From an uncultured virus (IMG/VR IMGVR_UViG_3300025653_003319) (lineage: Duplodnaviria > Heunggongvirae > Uroviricota > Caudoviricetes), in IMG/VR virus record IMGVR_UViG_3300025653_003319: a DNA stretch of 64,000 nt. One strand, given 5' to 3'. The position numbers and the translations under genes were made by a program. Under the pieces are notes generated by a model that made no database searches, was not told the origin of the DNA, and saw only the letters and a list, made by a program, of their open reading frames with translations. This document shows positions 8,929-18,216 of this stretch, in pieces (positions within the stretch are counted from its first letter, which is position 1; every line of letters starts with the position of its first letter).

Positions 8929-10588
8929 TATCAGTATCCCATCCTATGCTACTACCTGATTTTTTCTTAAAGTCAGGTTCGTCTGCATACTTGTCATCAT
9001 CATAGTCGTCTTGGCTTTCGCCTGTGTTACGTCTATCTTTTCTGTTGTCAGTTCTATCACGTACATCTATAACCTGTACTACACCGTCCTCATCGACTTC
9101 TCTGTGAGCATATATTTCTACTGCACGTTCGCCTTTGGGTTTCTGAATATCTTCTTCCTCAACCTCTAATGGTCTAACTTCTAAACTGTCATACCATTCT
9201 ACTAAGTTAGGAAATGTTTTTCTAAAATCCTTTCCTCTTCTTACATCATACTGATCATAAAAAACTTTAAAGTCATGTTCTAACTTCCATCTATCAGCAG
9301 TATTTCTATGAGGTGTTTTAACAACGTCTAAGTATTCTATTAGTCTACTTAGTTGATCTGCTTCCCAGTCTTGAACTAATGCTCTGCCAGTTCCGTCTAG
9401 TTCTTGTTTTTGTTGCACTTTTCTGTGCCATGCTAATAACTGATCATGATATTTTGTTCTTAGGTCATCTGGTAGTGTTAATGCACTTTGGAAACTTGGA
9501 AAACGCAATATGTTTACACTAAAACTTGGCTTGTTATGTCCAAATTCTCTTTTGAGTTCTAAGACCCAATCTAAAAACTCTACCATACTATCTAAGCATA
9601 AAGCATTAATAGTCATCATCATATGGAAGCCTTCGATCTTGCCTTCCCTTAACATTTTTACACAATTTTGACTAAACTGCGGAAAGTCTAACCCGTCTCT
9701 GATGTATTCACCTTGGGCACCAAAAGCCTCGCCACTAGTGTATAAATGAAAACGTTCAACATGCTGTGTTGCTTCTGCAAGTTTGGCAATTAGTGTATCT
9801 TTAGCACCTAAGTTACTGTTAATTGCATAACGCATGTTTTTTGCGTTAGGATGGCTTTCACCATTTTCTTTGAACCAATCAAATAGGCCCCAAACACTTG
9901 CACTCATTGTAGGTTCGCCGCCTGTAATTCTTAATTCATCTAATTCTAAACTTAGTTCAGGCCACCATTCCCAAAATGCTTTTACATAAGGATTTTCTTC
10001 GTCTTTCTCAAATGGGTCGGCATACGGGGCATCATCTATAAAGTGACCTCTAGCATCACTTCTAATATTTGAGTATCCACCGTTTGTTCTAATATCTTTT
10101 ACCCATGTTGTACTAAATGCTGGATTACAATAACTACATGCAAACTGACATGTTCTGTCAAACGCAATTTCTAAAGTTTTTAAGTTTACATCTTCTGCAG
10201 GGTCCATTGTAGCAATTCGTTCTAATTCTTTATCACTATAAATATGTGTTTTAAAAGTACGATCACTGACAGGTCTTCCGCCATCTGCATCATGCTCCAT
10301 ATCTTCTATTTTCCAGCAGTATTCACATTCCTTAGGTCGTGTGCCTTCTAACATCATTTGACGCATTTTCTTCTTGTGCCTAGTATTGTGAATAGCACTT
10401 GGATTAGTTTTAATTTCTTCTTTGTCTATATTATGTGCAGGGGGATGGTGACAACTTGCTGTGCCTCCGTGTCCTAGCCATATGGTAGCATTGTACCATT
10501 TAGCACCACAAAACGAATCTGATATAGGATCAATTACTCTTTTCCTGTAATCATCAAATGATTCATTACCTTGTCTACCTTTGCTCAT
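8906..10588 (-). CDS. Radical SAM enzyme with N-terminal Twitch-like domain
   Basis: FCGAKW..SCHHP..CEYCW, then CQFACSYC and TGGEP; acidic C-terminal extension. Confidence 0.9.
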   Translation of the reverse strand: MSKGRQGNESFDDYRKRVIDPISDSFCGAKWYNATIWLGHGGTASCHHPPAHNIDKEEIKTNPSAIHNTRHKKKMRQMMLEGTRPKECEYCWKIEDMEHDADGGRPVSDRTFKTHIYSDKELERIATMDPAEDVNLKTLEIAFDRTCQFACSYCNPAFSTTWVKDIRTNGGYSNIRSDARGHFIDDAPYADPFEKDEENPYVKAFWEWWPELSLELDELRITGGEPTMSASVWGLFDWFKENGESHPNAKNMRYAINSNLGAKDTLIAKLAEATQHVERFHLYTSGEAFGAQGEYIRDGLDFPQFSQNCVKMLREGKIEGFHMMMTINALCLDSMVEFLDWVLELKREFGHNKPSFSVNILRFPSFQSALTLPDDLRTKYHDQLLAWHRKVQQKQELDGTGRALVQDWEADQLSRLIEYLDVVKTPHRNTADRWKLEHDFKVFYDQYDVRRGKDFRKTFPNLVEWYDSLEVRPLEVEEEDIQKPKGERAVEIYAHREVDEDGVVQVIDVRDRTDNRKDRRNTGESQDDYDDDKYADEPDFKKKSGSSIGWDTDSDGLGGQ

Positions 10589-10598
10589 CTTTTCTCCT

Positions 10599-12131
10599 TT
10601 ATAGCAATGCGTCTGCTTCTTTACAAATATCCCACCAGTCTTCCATTTCAGGAAATGTTTCTAAGAAATCTGTGTTTCTTCTGGTATCATGTTGTGTAAA
10701 GAATTTGTAAAAGTTTGCTCTTGCTTTTGTTATTTCTTGCTGTGACATTTTTCGGCCTTCTTTCATCCAGGCCAAGTTACGTCTTACTTTGTCTATTTCA
10801 AAATCTTTAAATCCTCTATAGTCTATATTTACTTCATCTGCTTGATTTAACTCCATAAAAGCAATACATTCTTCTAGATAGTCTTCGTAATGCTGTGGCA
10901 TTACTTGTATGCATTGCCATAATGGCGCTCTCAATAAAGGAATATCAAACCATATTCTTTGTTTAGGTCTTATTTCATAATCACAATGTTTATGTCCACC
11001 ATTGTCTGGTACAGGTATATACTTAATGCCCTGTACGTCTTTGGCATATTGATCTCTAAGTTCTAATATCCATTGTAAATAATCTTTTAAACTTGTCATA
11101 CTAAGTGAATTAAATGTGTTAATAAATGTTATTGTTGTATTATCTGTTTCGCTTAATATTCTTTGCACGTTATCTTGTAACATGCGAAAATCCATACCGT
11201 TACGCATATATTCTGCTTGTTCTCCAAATCCATCGACACTTACAAATACTGCGAAGTTCTTAGTTGCTGGTGCTACATACCAGTTATTCCCTGAGTTCGG
11301 ATTGAACTTTTCCGGGTCCTCCCATATTTGTATCTCTTCTAATTTCTGTAGCGATTCGATAAACTTATCCATTAACACCGGCTTAGGTGGACACATATTT
11401 GATGTTACGCTCATTTCTAGCCAAGCATTTGGATTTTCATACACATAGTCTAATACTTTAAATGTATTACTATCCATTAACGGCTCGCCCCCTGTCATAC
11501 GAAAAACTTCTAAGTTTTTATATAACTCAGGCCACCATTTCCAAAATGCAGTAACGTATGGATTATCTGCCTGTGATAGTTTAGGCGGCATCAATCCACC
11601 TCTATCTAAACTTTCTATGTTGTTGTGTTCTCCATCTACAATTTTGTAAGGGCCATGTTCTTTTATTTCTTTTTCCCATGTATTACTTAAATGAGGAGAG
11701 CAGTAACTACATTTTAAATTACATGCTTGGTTAAAGTTTACTTCTACATATCTGGGATTAATATTTCCGTCAGCACCTGCTTCTGCTATTTCTTCTCTGG
11801 CATTTTGTGCCCAATATTCTCCGCTTCTGTAAACTCTATCACTTCTACCGCCTACATCTTCTATACGCCAACAGTAACTACAACCTTCTGGACGTTCACC
11901 TGCTAACATTTGAGCACGTTGCTCTTTCTTTTCTTTTGTGTTATGTAGTGCAGAAGGATTATCAGCAAGTTCTTCTAAATTTATTTTGTGTGTCGGAGGA
12001 TGATAGCAACTATGTGTCATGCCGTTAGTAAGGTGCATAGAAACTTGCGTCCACTTTGCGTAACACATTGTAGGACTTATTTCGTCTAACTGTTCCTTGG
12101 CCTTGTCTGCGGCTTGATCGTAATTACTCAT
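10599..12131 (-). CDS. Radical SAM enzyme with N-terminal Twitch-like domain
   Basis: MCYAKW..SCYHP..CSYCW, then CNLKCSYC and TGGEP; paralog of 8906-10588. Confidence 0.9.
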   Translation of the reverse strand: MSNYDQAADKAKEQLDEISPTMCYAKWTQVSMHLTNGMTHSCYHPPTHKINLEELADNPSALHNTKEKKEQRAQMLAGERPEGCSYCWRIEDVGGRSDRVYRSGEYWAQNAREEIAEAGADGNINPRYVEVNFNQACNLKCSYCSPHLSNTWEKEIKEHGPYKIVDGEHNNIESLDRGGLMPPKLSQADNPYVTAFWKWWPELYKNLEVFRMTGGEPLMDSNTFKVLDYVYENPNAWLEMSVTSNMCPPKPVLMDKFIESLQKLEEIQIWEDPEKFNPNSGNNWYVAPATKNFAVFVSVDGFGEQAEYMRNGMDFRMLQDNVQRILSETDNTTITFINTFNSLSMTSLKDYLQWILELRDQYAKDVQGIKYIPVPDNGGHKHCDYEIRPKQRIWFDIPLLRAPLWQCIQVMPQHYEDYLEECIAFMELNQADEVNIDYRGFKDFEIDKVRRNLAWMKEGRKMSQQEITKARANFYKFFTQHDTRRNTDFLETFPEMEDWWDICKEADALL

Positions 12132-12727
12132 CTTTGTAAATTTACTACTTCTTTACCTATTGTAAGATCTATTAGTTTTAAATCTGTTCTATTTGTAATT
12201 AATTCTACAACACGTTTTGCATAGTCTGTAATGTTAGTGGCATCAATACCGCTAGGACTTACACAGAACGCATTACACACGTTGCTAGACGCACTATATA
12301 CTAATTGTTGCATCATACTTCTTAATACTGCATACATTACAAACTGTTTATCCTGTTGTGGCCATGCTGTTATTGAACTGCTTACACCACAAATTGTTAT
12401 TTCTTTACTGCTATTTTCTAACCATTTTATTAACTTTGTAAAAAATAAAAACAAGGGTGTATAATTAAAAAACATACTTGACATTTGTTGTAAAGTTATA
12501 TTACTATAATTCTTATTATCTATTACTAATGCAATTTGTTCTTCTATGTTTGCATTTATTACAATTATATCAGGTACTACTTTACCATCTATAAACTTAT
12601 CAAAGTCTGCATAATCAACATTATCTCTACCAAAGCCATATGTACTAATATCTTGTTCTTTAAGTTTATTAATAATATTACCTGCGAAATCAGACGACTT
12701 TCCAAACACCCATGCTAATTTTCTCAT
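12128..12727 (-). CDS. Degenerate short-chain dehydrogenase (Rossmann-fold)-like protein
   Basis: AWVFGKSSDFA at the N-terminus, DIIVINAN, GVSS, YAVLR in place of YxxxK, VSPSG. Confidence 0.55.
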   Translation of the reverse strand: MRKLAWVFGKSSDFAGNIINKLKEQDISTYGFGRDNVDYADFDKFIDGKVVPDIIVINANIEEQIALVIDNKNYSNITLQQMSSMFFNYTPLFLFFTKLIKWLENSSKEITICGVSSSITAWPQQDKQFVMYAVLRSMMQQLVYSASSNVCNAFCVSPSGIDATNITDYAKRVVELITNRTDLKLIDLTIGKEVVNLQR

Positions 12728-13686
12728 GTACCTATCAATCCTTTTTCTAATAGGTCTTGTATTTGTCGCTCAGTGATCATTGCACCCCATCTTTTTGGGT
12801 TTACAAATGTTGCTTTGAAAAATTTACTCATTTGATCGTTGGGTTCGAACAGCATCATGCCTTGCACTTCTTCATTTAATCTATTGCCAATGGCAATAGT
12901 TTTTTGTTTTAGATGCTCGTCATTATCTATATAACTTTTTTCTTTTTCAAAGAAGCCTTTGAACCAATCGTAGTCTGATATTTGATTTGTGTCCCAATCA
13001 CTAAGTACTGTTTTTTCACATCCAAGTCTTGCTCCGTATATTGCCCACCATCCGTTCTCAACGTCTGTGCCAACATTACACCAAACATTTAATCTGTTAA
13101 AGTTGCCATACCATATGTCGTCTTGAAACTTATGTGGTTCAACACGTTTACCTTGGTCTAAACTTAGTTTAACACCTTCTCTAAAGCCTGCTCTAAAGGC
13201 TTGGAATGGACTAGCAGTTTGATGTACTTCTGAGAATATATCATTCATTTGTATGTAGTTAAGTTTCCAACAAAACTCCATACCTTCACCGTCTGTTGCG
13301 GCTTCGTGTGTGTTAATACTTTTTGTATATTCCTTGGGCCAACACTTTAGGCCACCGTTGCCATACACTAAGCCATTCAATAAGTTCTTAGCATTCCAAC
13401 TGAATATGCTTTCTGATATATCGTTACCGTCATGATCTTTTTCTGGGAATTCTAATTCTTGATTAAAGAATTCATCCATAACAATATTATCACCATCTAC
13501 TGTGATAAAACGATCTGTTTCTGATTGATTTGCACATTCCTTATGTGCGGCATCAAAGCCTTTGACTCCGTGTACACGTTTTGCCCACGGCACTTTGTTT
13601 AGTAAGTCTGCCCAATGCTCTTCGCAGTTGGGTTCATCATAACTAATGTAAAATATGTCTAGTTCTGTGACGTCTATTTTTGCCAT
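12724..13686 (-). CDS. Glycosyltransferase (GT-A)-like protein, single-domain paralog of 1988-5323
   Basis: DIFYISYDEP, AHKECA, ITVDGDN (DxD), YGNGGLK, AFRAGFREGVKL. Confidence 0.75.
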   Translation of the reverse strand: MAKIDVTELDIFYISYDEPNCEEHWADLLNKVPWAKRVHGVKGFDAAHKECANQSETDRFITVDGDNIVMDEFFNQELEFPEKDHDGNDISESIFSWNAKNLLNGLVYGNGGLKCWPKEYTKSINTHEAATDGEGMEFCWKLNYIQMNDIFSEVHQTASPFQAFRAGFREGVKLSLDQGKRVEPHKFQDDIWYGNFNRLNVWCNVGTDVENGWWAIYGARLGCEKTVLSDWDTNQISDYDWFKGFFEKEKSYIDNDEHLKQKTIAIGNRLNEEVQGMMLFEPNDQMSKFFKATFVNPKRWGAMITERQIQDLLEKGLIGT

Positions 13687-13710
13687 ATGTGTGTCCTAAT
13701 AATATACACA

Positions 13711-13718
13711 TATTTATC
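13711..13718 (-). promoter_or_regulatory. Late-promoter-like motif GATAAATA
   Basis: tatttatc on the + strand in the intergenic gap; AGGAC RBS precedes ATG 13686. Confidence 0.6.
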
Positions 13719-13735
13719 ATGATTTTAAATAGGTA

Positions 13736-14353
13736 CTATGCGACTCTGATATACTTGTCGAATAATTTTCTAGTGTAGATACTTTTGTTGGTCGAATCAT
13801 TATTCAATTTAAATACTAGTTCATCATTTTTAAATAATTCCAACAAAGGTATTTCTATACTGTCATATAGAAAATGCGGATCGTTAATACTGGTAATATA
13901 CAAAGCCATACGTTGTTCGCCTTTAAAAGAAAAATTATTAATGTCAATACTATTGGTAATATTAGAACGCAGTTTTTCGCTTAGTGATACAGTTATTGTA
14001 TCTTTTACTGCTTGAACTTTTACATCAAAGTCTGTGTTTTTGGAAAGTCGTACCTGCGATAACATCTTAGATGCTGACTTAAATTTTTCTAGTTCAACTA
14101 CTTTATTTACAAAAGAAAATACGCCTTCTTCGTTAGGATTTGTTAATACCAAGAAGTCATTAATTGTTTTATTATTATCTGGGTTTTCAAATATGCTACA
14201 TTGCTCATATGTAAATACAGCATGATTAGATTCTACATAGTCATCAGACTCTGCCCTGCCATAATAGACAATGTTGCCTTTGTCATCAAAGTAAACATGT
14301 CTGTCACTTTGTCGCTGGGCCTTTCTAGCCTTTTCTAAGTCCTCTAATTTCAT
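13736..14353 (-). CDS. Hypothetical protein
   Basis: 205-aa ORF co-oriented in the operon; no motif recognised. Confidence 0.7.
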   Translation of the reverse strand: MKLEDLEKARKAQRQSDRHVYFDDKGNIVYYGRAESDDYVESNHAVFTYEQCSIFENPDNNKTINDFLVLTNPNEEGVFSFVNKVVELEKFKSASKMLSQVRLSKNTDFDVKVQAVKDTITVSLSEKLRSNITNSIDINNFSFKGEQRMALYITSINDPHFLYDSIEIPLLELFKNDELVFKLNNDSTNKSIYTRKLFDKYIRVA

Positions 14354-15203
14354 CTTCTAATGTCTCTATAATATTATTTGTTAACCATTCCTTGTCTACA
14401 TAATGAAAAGGATAATGTTGTTGAAAGTTCCCTACTTTAAAGTTAGATACACTACTAAAATAAGTAGGTATACTTAATGTCCAACGTTCATCTAGTAATG
14501 AGCCGCCTGGCAAATCTTGTATAAAACTTTTCATATGCGTAAACGTGGGCATATCTGTTAAATCATCAACTGTTGTTTCGTTTTCTAGACCTAATAGTTG
14601 TATTGCAAGAGCATATACAACATCAGCACTTAACTTATCTGGCTTGCCGTTTGGCATATATTTAAAATAAAACCTTTGCCAATTTTCAAAAATTAATTCA
14701 ATCATTTTAAAAAGTTCACTTGCTGTTTCTGATTTTTTAAAATAAAAGAATGCTGTATATATGTTTGGCATATTATTTTTTATGAAGTATTCTCTGTAAT
14801 ATTTATTACTAGGATCTGCTGGTTCGCCTCTAAAAGTTTTGATGTTTGTAGTTGCCCATATATCTTTTTCTTTTAGTGAATCCCACCAATGACTTACATC
14901 TGATGGAAATATCATATCAGCATCTAGTATGACTGTTTCGTCATACGGTGTCATATAATAGTATTTCCATTTGTTATCTATCTTCCAAGCAGAATCTTTT
15001 GCATCGTCTGTCCATGGAATTTCAATTACTTGATCAAATACTTTTTTGTATTTTTCAGGTACTGTACTTTTATCTTCAACACATACTGCTAAATTACTTA
15101 CTTTGGATTGTGTAATTTTTAAACTAAGTGCAAGAGCATAAGCCATTCTAAGATAATTTGTATCTTCTGAATTTTGTGCAATTACAATATACCCTTTAGA
15201 CAT
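14325..15203 (-). CDS. GT8-like glycosyltransferase
   Basis: MAYALALSLK, FDQVIEI, TPYDETVILDAD (DxD), FFYFKK, PFHY. Confidence 0.75.
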   Translation of the reverse strand: MSKGYIVIAQNSEDTNYLRMAYALALSLKITQSKVSNLAVCVEDKSTVPEKYKKVFDQVIEIPWTDDAKDSAWKIDNKWKYYYMTPYDETVILDADMIFPSDVSHWWDSLKEKDIWATTNIKTFRGEPADPSNKYYREYFIKNNMPNIYTAFFYFKKSETASELFKMIELIFENWQRFYFKYMPNGKPDKLSADVVYALAIQLLGLENETTVDDLTDMPTFTHMKSFIQDLPGGSLLDERWTLSIPTYFSSVSNFKVGNFQQHYPFHYVDKEWLTNNIIETLEDEIRGLRKG

Positions 15204-15975
15204 CTACTAACTCCGGCTTAATGTGTTCTTCAAAATACATTCTATGACCTATTTCGTTTGGGTGACCTCTATAGTCTGCCCACACATCTGGAATAGTTTC
15301 TTCATACTTGATTACTTGTTGCCTTATACCTGGTAAGTCAATACTGTTTTCAATATGTGTTGTAAGATGATCGTATAACCATGTATGAGTTGGATTTAAA
15401 ACTCGTTGTCTGTCGGCCTCGTCCATCCATGTAAACATTACTTTTACATTATTCTTATCACAAAAATATTTAAGTAAACTGTATAACGATACTGTATTTA
15501 ATATATCTGTATAACTGTTTTGCAAATTAGTGTAATACTCTGTTGATAAATGATGTAAGTCAGGTGTTTCTCTTGCTGGTTCTTGGGTAGTTTGCCATGG
15601 TGCTATACTTACCCAGCCATTGTTTTCTTTTGCAGTTGCATTGTAATCTGTAAATGTTCTAGGATAGACCACTCTGTCACCTATAAATAAATTTGGATTA
15701 TCGCTTAATTGTTCTTCACCAGAAATAAAAGCATATCGATGTATCATGCTCCATTGTACTATACCTAATATATCTTCACCTGCAACACCGTCATTGAGTT
15801 TTTGTTGTACAGTATTCATAAAACTATGTGCTATGAATTGATTGCCTGTGCCGCCAATACCGAGTGATATTAATTCACAATCTAAATATTCTGCAACAAA
15901 GTTATTCCATAGTTTATGTGGTGTGTTTTGTGCATCACTAAAACTGCAACCTGCAGATATAAAATATTTAGGCAT
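15196..15975 (-). CDS. SGNH/GDSL hydrolase or acyltransferase-like protein
   Basis: AGCSFS (block I), LGIGGTGN (block II), DYRGHPNEIGH (block V); ATG 15975 chosen because it overlaps the upstream stop. Confidence 0.65.
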   Translation of the reverse strand: MPKYFISAGCSFSDAQNTPHKLWNNFVAEYLDCELISLGIGGTGNQFIAHSFMNTVQQKLNDGVAGEDILGIVQWSMIHRYAFISGEEQLSDNPNLFIGDRVVYPRTFTDYNATAKENNGWVSIAPWQTTQEPARETPDLHHLSTEYYTNLQNSYTDILNTVSLYSLLKYFCDKNNVKVMFTWMDEADRQRVLNPTHTWLYDHLTTHIENSIDLPGIRQQVIKYEETIPDVWADYRGHPNEIGHRMYFEEHIKPELVDV

Positions 15976-16849
15976 TATATATCTCCAATAGTTTGTCAGC
16001 ATTTCGTTGTAATGCCCATTTATTCATAATGTGTAAGTCAACATCTTTCCATCTTCCAAGTTGAAAGTCTGCATTTGATTTTGGCTTTTCTAAAAACATT
16101 GTAATATCGTTTACAGCATTAATTTCATGTATGTCGTCCCAATCAAATGTTTTGTACATTTTTTCTATTGGTAATTGTTCTTGTGCTTCGCTTTTAAAAC
16201 CATTCATTACATGTGCGGCAACACTAAAACTGTAATCATTTCTGTAAAGCATACCTGGTATCTCATATAAATCCTTATAGTAGTTCCAATTCTCTTTTAC
16301 ATCTTTTACTACATCGAAAAAACTTTCTACATAAGGTGTCTTTTTAAAATAAACAACTGTTGCCCAGTACATAGACACACCAAAATCACTTATTCTTTTA
16401 TATGATTCTGTTCTAGCAAATTGTATGTCTTGAACATCTCTGTGCATCATCAAATCATTTTTATGACCCCAACATGCATTAAGACTGTCACTCATTACAA
16501 GATAGTCAACATCCATTACAATAGTTTCATCATAAGGTGAAATATCATATGCATCGCATCTATTGGCGTTATAAAATGGTAATACTTTTACACTATGATT
16601 AGTGTCTCTATAGTTTCTATGATTTTTTGCTTTGAACTCTAGATCTTTCTCAGCAACAATTATGTTATCAATATAATCTTCTACTTTGATATTCTTTGAT
16701 GTGTAATCGTAAGAGTTTTGATCTGTGACTACTGTAATACTATGCTCACCAAGATTGTGTCTTATCATACTTGCCGTTACGCAGGCAATTTTAAGATACT
16801 CGATCTCCTCATTGTTATGAGCGTATAATAAAAATCCTTTAGTCGTCAT
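15968..16849 (-). CDS. GT8-like glycosyltransferase (paralog of 14325-15203)
   Basis: KGFLLYA, SPYDETIVMDVD (DxD), VVYFKK, RNDYSFSVA, HIMNK. Confidence 0.75.
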   Translation of the reverse strand: MTTKGFLLYAHNNEEIEYLKIACVTASMIRHNLGEHSITVVTDQNSYDYTSKNIKVEDYIDNIIVAEKDLEFKAKNHRNYRDTNHSVKVLPFYNANRCDAYDISPYDETIVMDVDYLVMSDSLNACWGHKNDLMMHRDVQDIQFARTESYKRISDFGVSMYWATVVYFKKTPYVESFFDVVKDVKENWNYYKDLYEIPGMLYRNDYSFSVAAHVMNGFKSEAQEQLPIEKMYKTFDWDDIHEINAVNDITMFLEKPKSNADFQLGRWKDVDLHIMNKWALQRNADKLLEIYNA

Positions 16850-17201
16850 CGAGATCTATGTCTATTAGTTTATGGACTTTGCGAGCCTTCCTTAACTTGA
16901 CATATTCTGCATGATAATCATTTGTGACCTCAAAGTACCTACTCAGAAGTTCGTCTAAGAATTCTGATAAGTCTTCAATTTGAATAGGGTTTTGGTAATT
17001 GTCAATGAGTACACTTTCTGTATACTCTTTTTCAATTAATGTATTGACAAATGTAATTAGTTCTTGTGATACTGTGAATGTACCACCATTTGTAGAAAGG
17101 ATAAGCCTCGTTTGAGTTTTAGATCTTAACGAGGCTATCTGATTATTTAATGTTTGCCTATAATTGGCGAATTCTAATGCTTTGGTTAGTCGCTCACTCA
17201 T
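16839..17201 (-). CDS. Hypothetical protein
   Basis: 120-aa ORF with AGGAC RBS and TAAATA motifs at 17221-17237. Confidence 0.7.
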   Translation of the reverse strand: MSERLTKALEFANYRQTLNNQIASLRSKTQTRLILSTNGGTFTVSQELITFVNTLIEKEYTESVLIDNYQNPIQIEDLSEFLDELLSRYFEVTNDYHAEYVKLRKARKVHKLIDIDLDDD

Positions 17202-17240
17202 ACAAGTCCTGTGTTGTGTTTATTTACAAACTATTTATTA

Positions 17241-18140
17241 TTATAAATCTGAGTTTGTAGTATAAGTCGGCGTAGCAACTGTAACTGCATAACCATTAGG
17301 TAAAGTACCACTATTTGGTCTATACTGTCCAGCAACACTTGTTAAAGTTCCATCAACACTATCAAAGTATCCTCTACCTGTGTGCGAGTCACCAAATGTA
17401 ATCAAGAATTGAATACTTGAGGCATTTGGAGCCTTTGCTTGTATTGAATAATAGTTAGTTGAGTATGCACCTGAACCTGCTTTGGTATAGATAGTCTGAT
17501 AACTTGTTGTTAAATCATACATACCAATACTTGTAGTAGTTCCTGAACTTGCTGTAGTCTGAGTAAAATTCATTTTAACTGTGCCAATAGCACTTAACAT
17601 GTTTGTCCAGTCAGTGTTTTGGTTATTAGTCGATCCACCGCTTCTACTTGCTGTAAAATAAATACTTCCACCTGCATTAAAGAATGAATTCCTGTGTGCT
17701 TCATTAGAAAATGCTACAGAGCAATCATGAGTAACTGTAGTACTCCATGCGGCTGTTCTAGTGCTGGTATCTTTTGCTTCTTGCGACAAGTATGAACCTG
17801 AAGCAGTTGTTCTGCCATTATACCCATTAGTAATTGTGGATTGAATGTTATTTAAATCAGTATCTTGAATAGTTGCGGCGTTGGCTACATCAGAAACATT
17901 GTTACTTGCACCTGTGTAAACTGCAATATCCTGAGCGGCATTAATGATATCATTGGTGTTTGTGTCGGTAATTGTTGCACCTGCGGCTGGATTGTAAACA
18001 CTCCAACTTTGACCCCACCCTTCCTGAGTGCTGTCTTCAGCAGTTCCAGTTATTAATAAAATATTATTTCTTGCAATATCCCAGTCAGACGCAGTTATTG
18101 TTGCTCCTGCTGTTCTATTTGTCATGGTTGATAATGCCAT
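17241..18140 (-). CDS. Putative virion structural protein (Thr/Ser/Asn-rich)
   Basis: Repeated AGATIT-like N-terminal units, FFNAGG, beta-rich T/S composition; AGGAG RBS and late motif at 18196-18204. Confidence 0.6.
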   Translation of the reverse strand: MALSTMTNRTAGATITASDWDIARNNILLITGTAEDSTQEGWGQSWSVYNPAAGATITDTNTNDIINAAQDIAVYTGASNNVSDVANAATIQDTDLNNIQSTITNGYNGRTTASGSYLSQEAKDTSTRTAAWSTTVTHDCSVAFSNEAHRNSFFNAGGSIYFTASRSGGSTNNQNTDWTNMLSAIGTVKMNFTQTTASSGTTTSIGMYDLTTSYQTIYTKAGSGAYSTNYYSIQAKAPNASSIQFLITFGDSHTGRGYFDSVDGTLTSVAGQYRPNSGTLPNGYAVTVATPTYTTNSDL

Positions 18141-18195
18141 TGTTTTTCTCCTAAATCGATTTAGTCGTTATCATGTGATAACAAATTGTACAAAT

Positions 18196-18204
18196 GTATT
18201 TATC
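18196..18204 (-). promoter_or_regulatory. Late-promoter-like motif GATAAATAC
   Basis: gtatttatc on the + strand upstream of 18140. Confidence 0.6.
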
Positions 18205-18216
18205 AAAAATTTTAGA

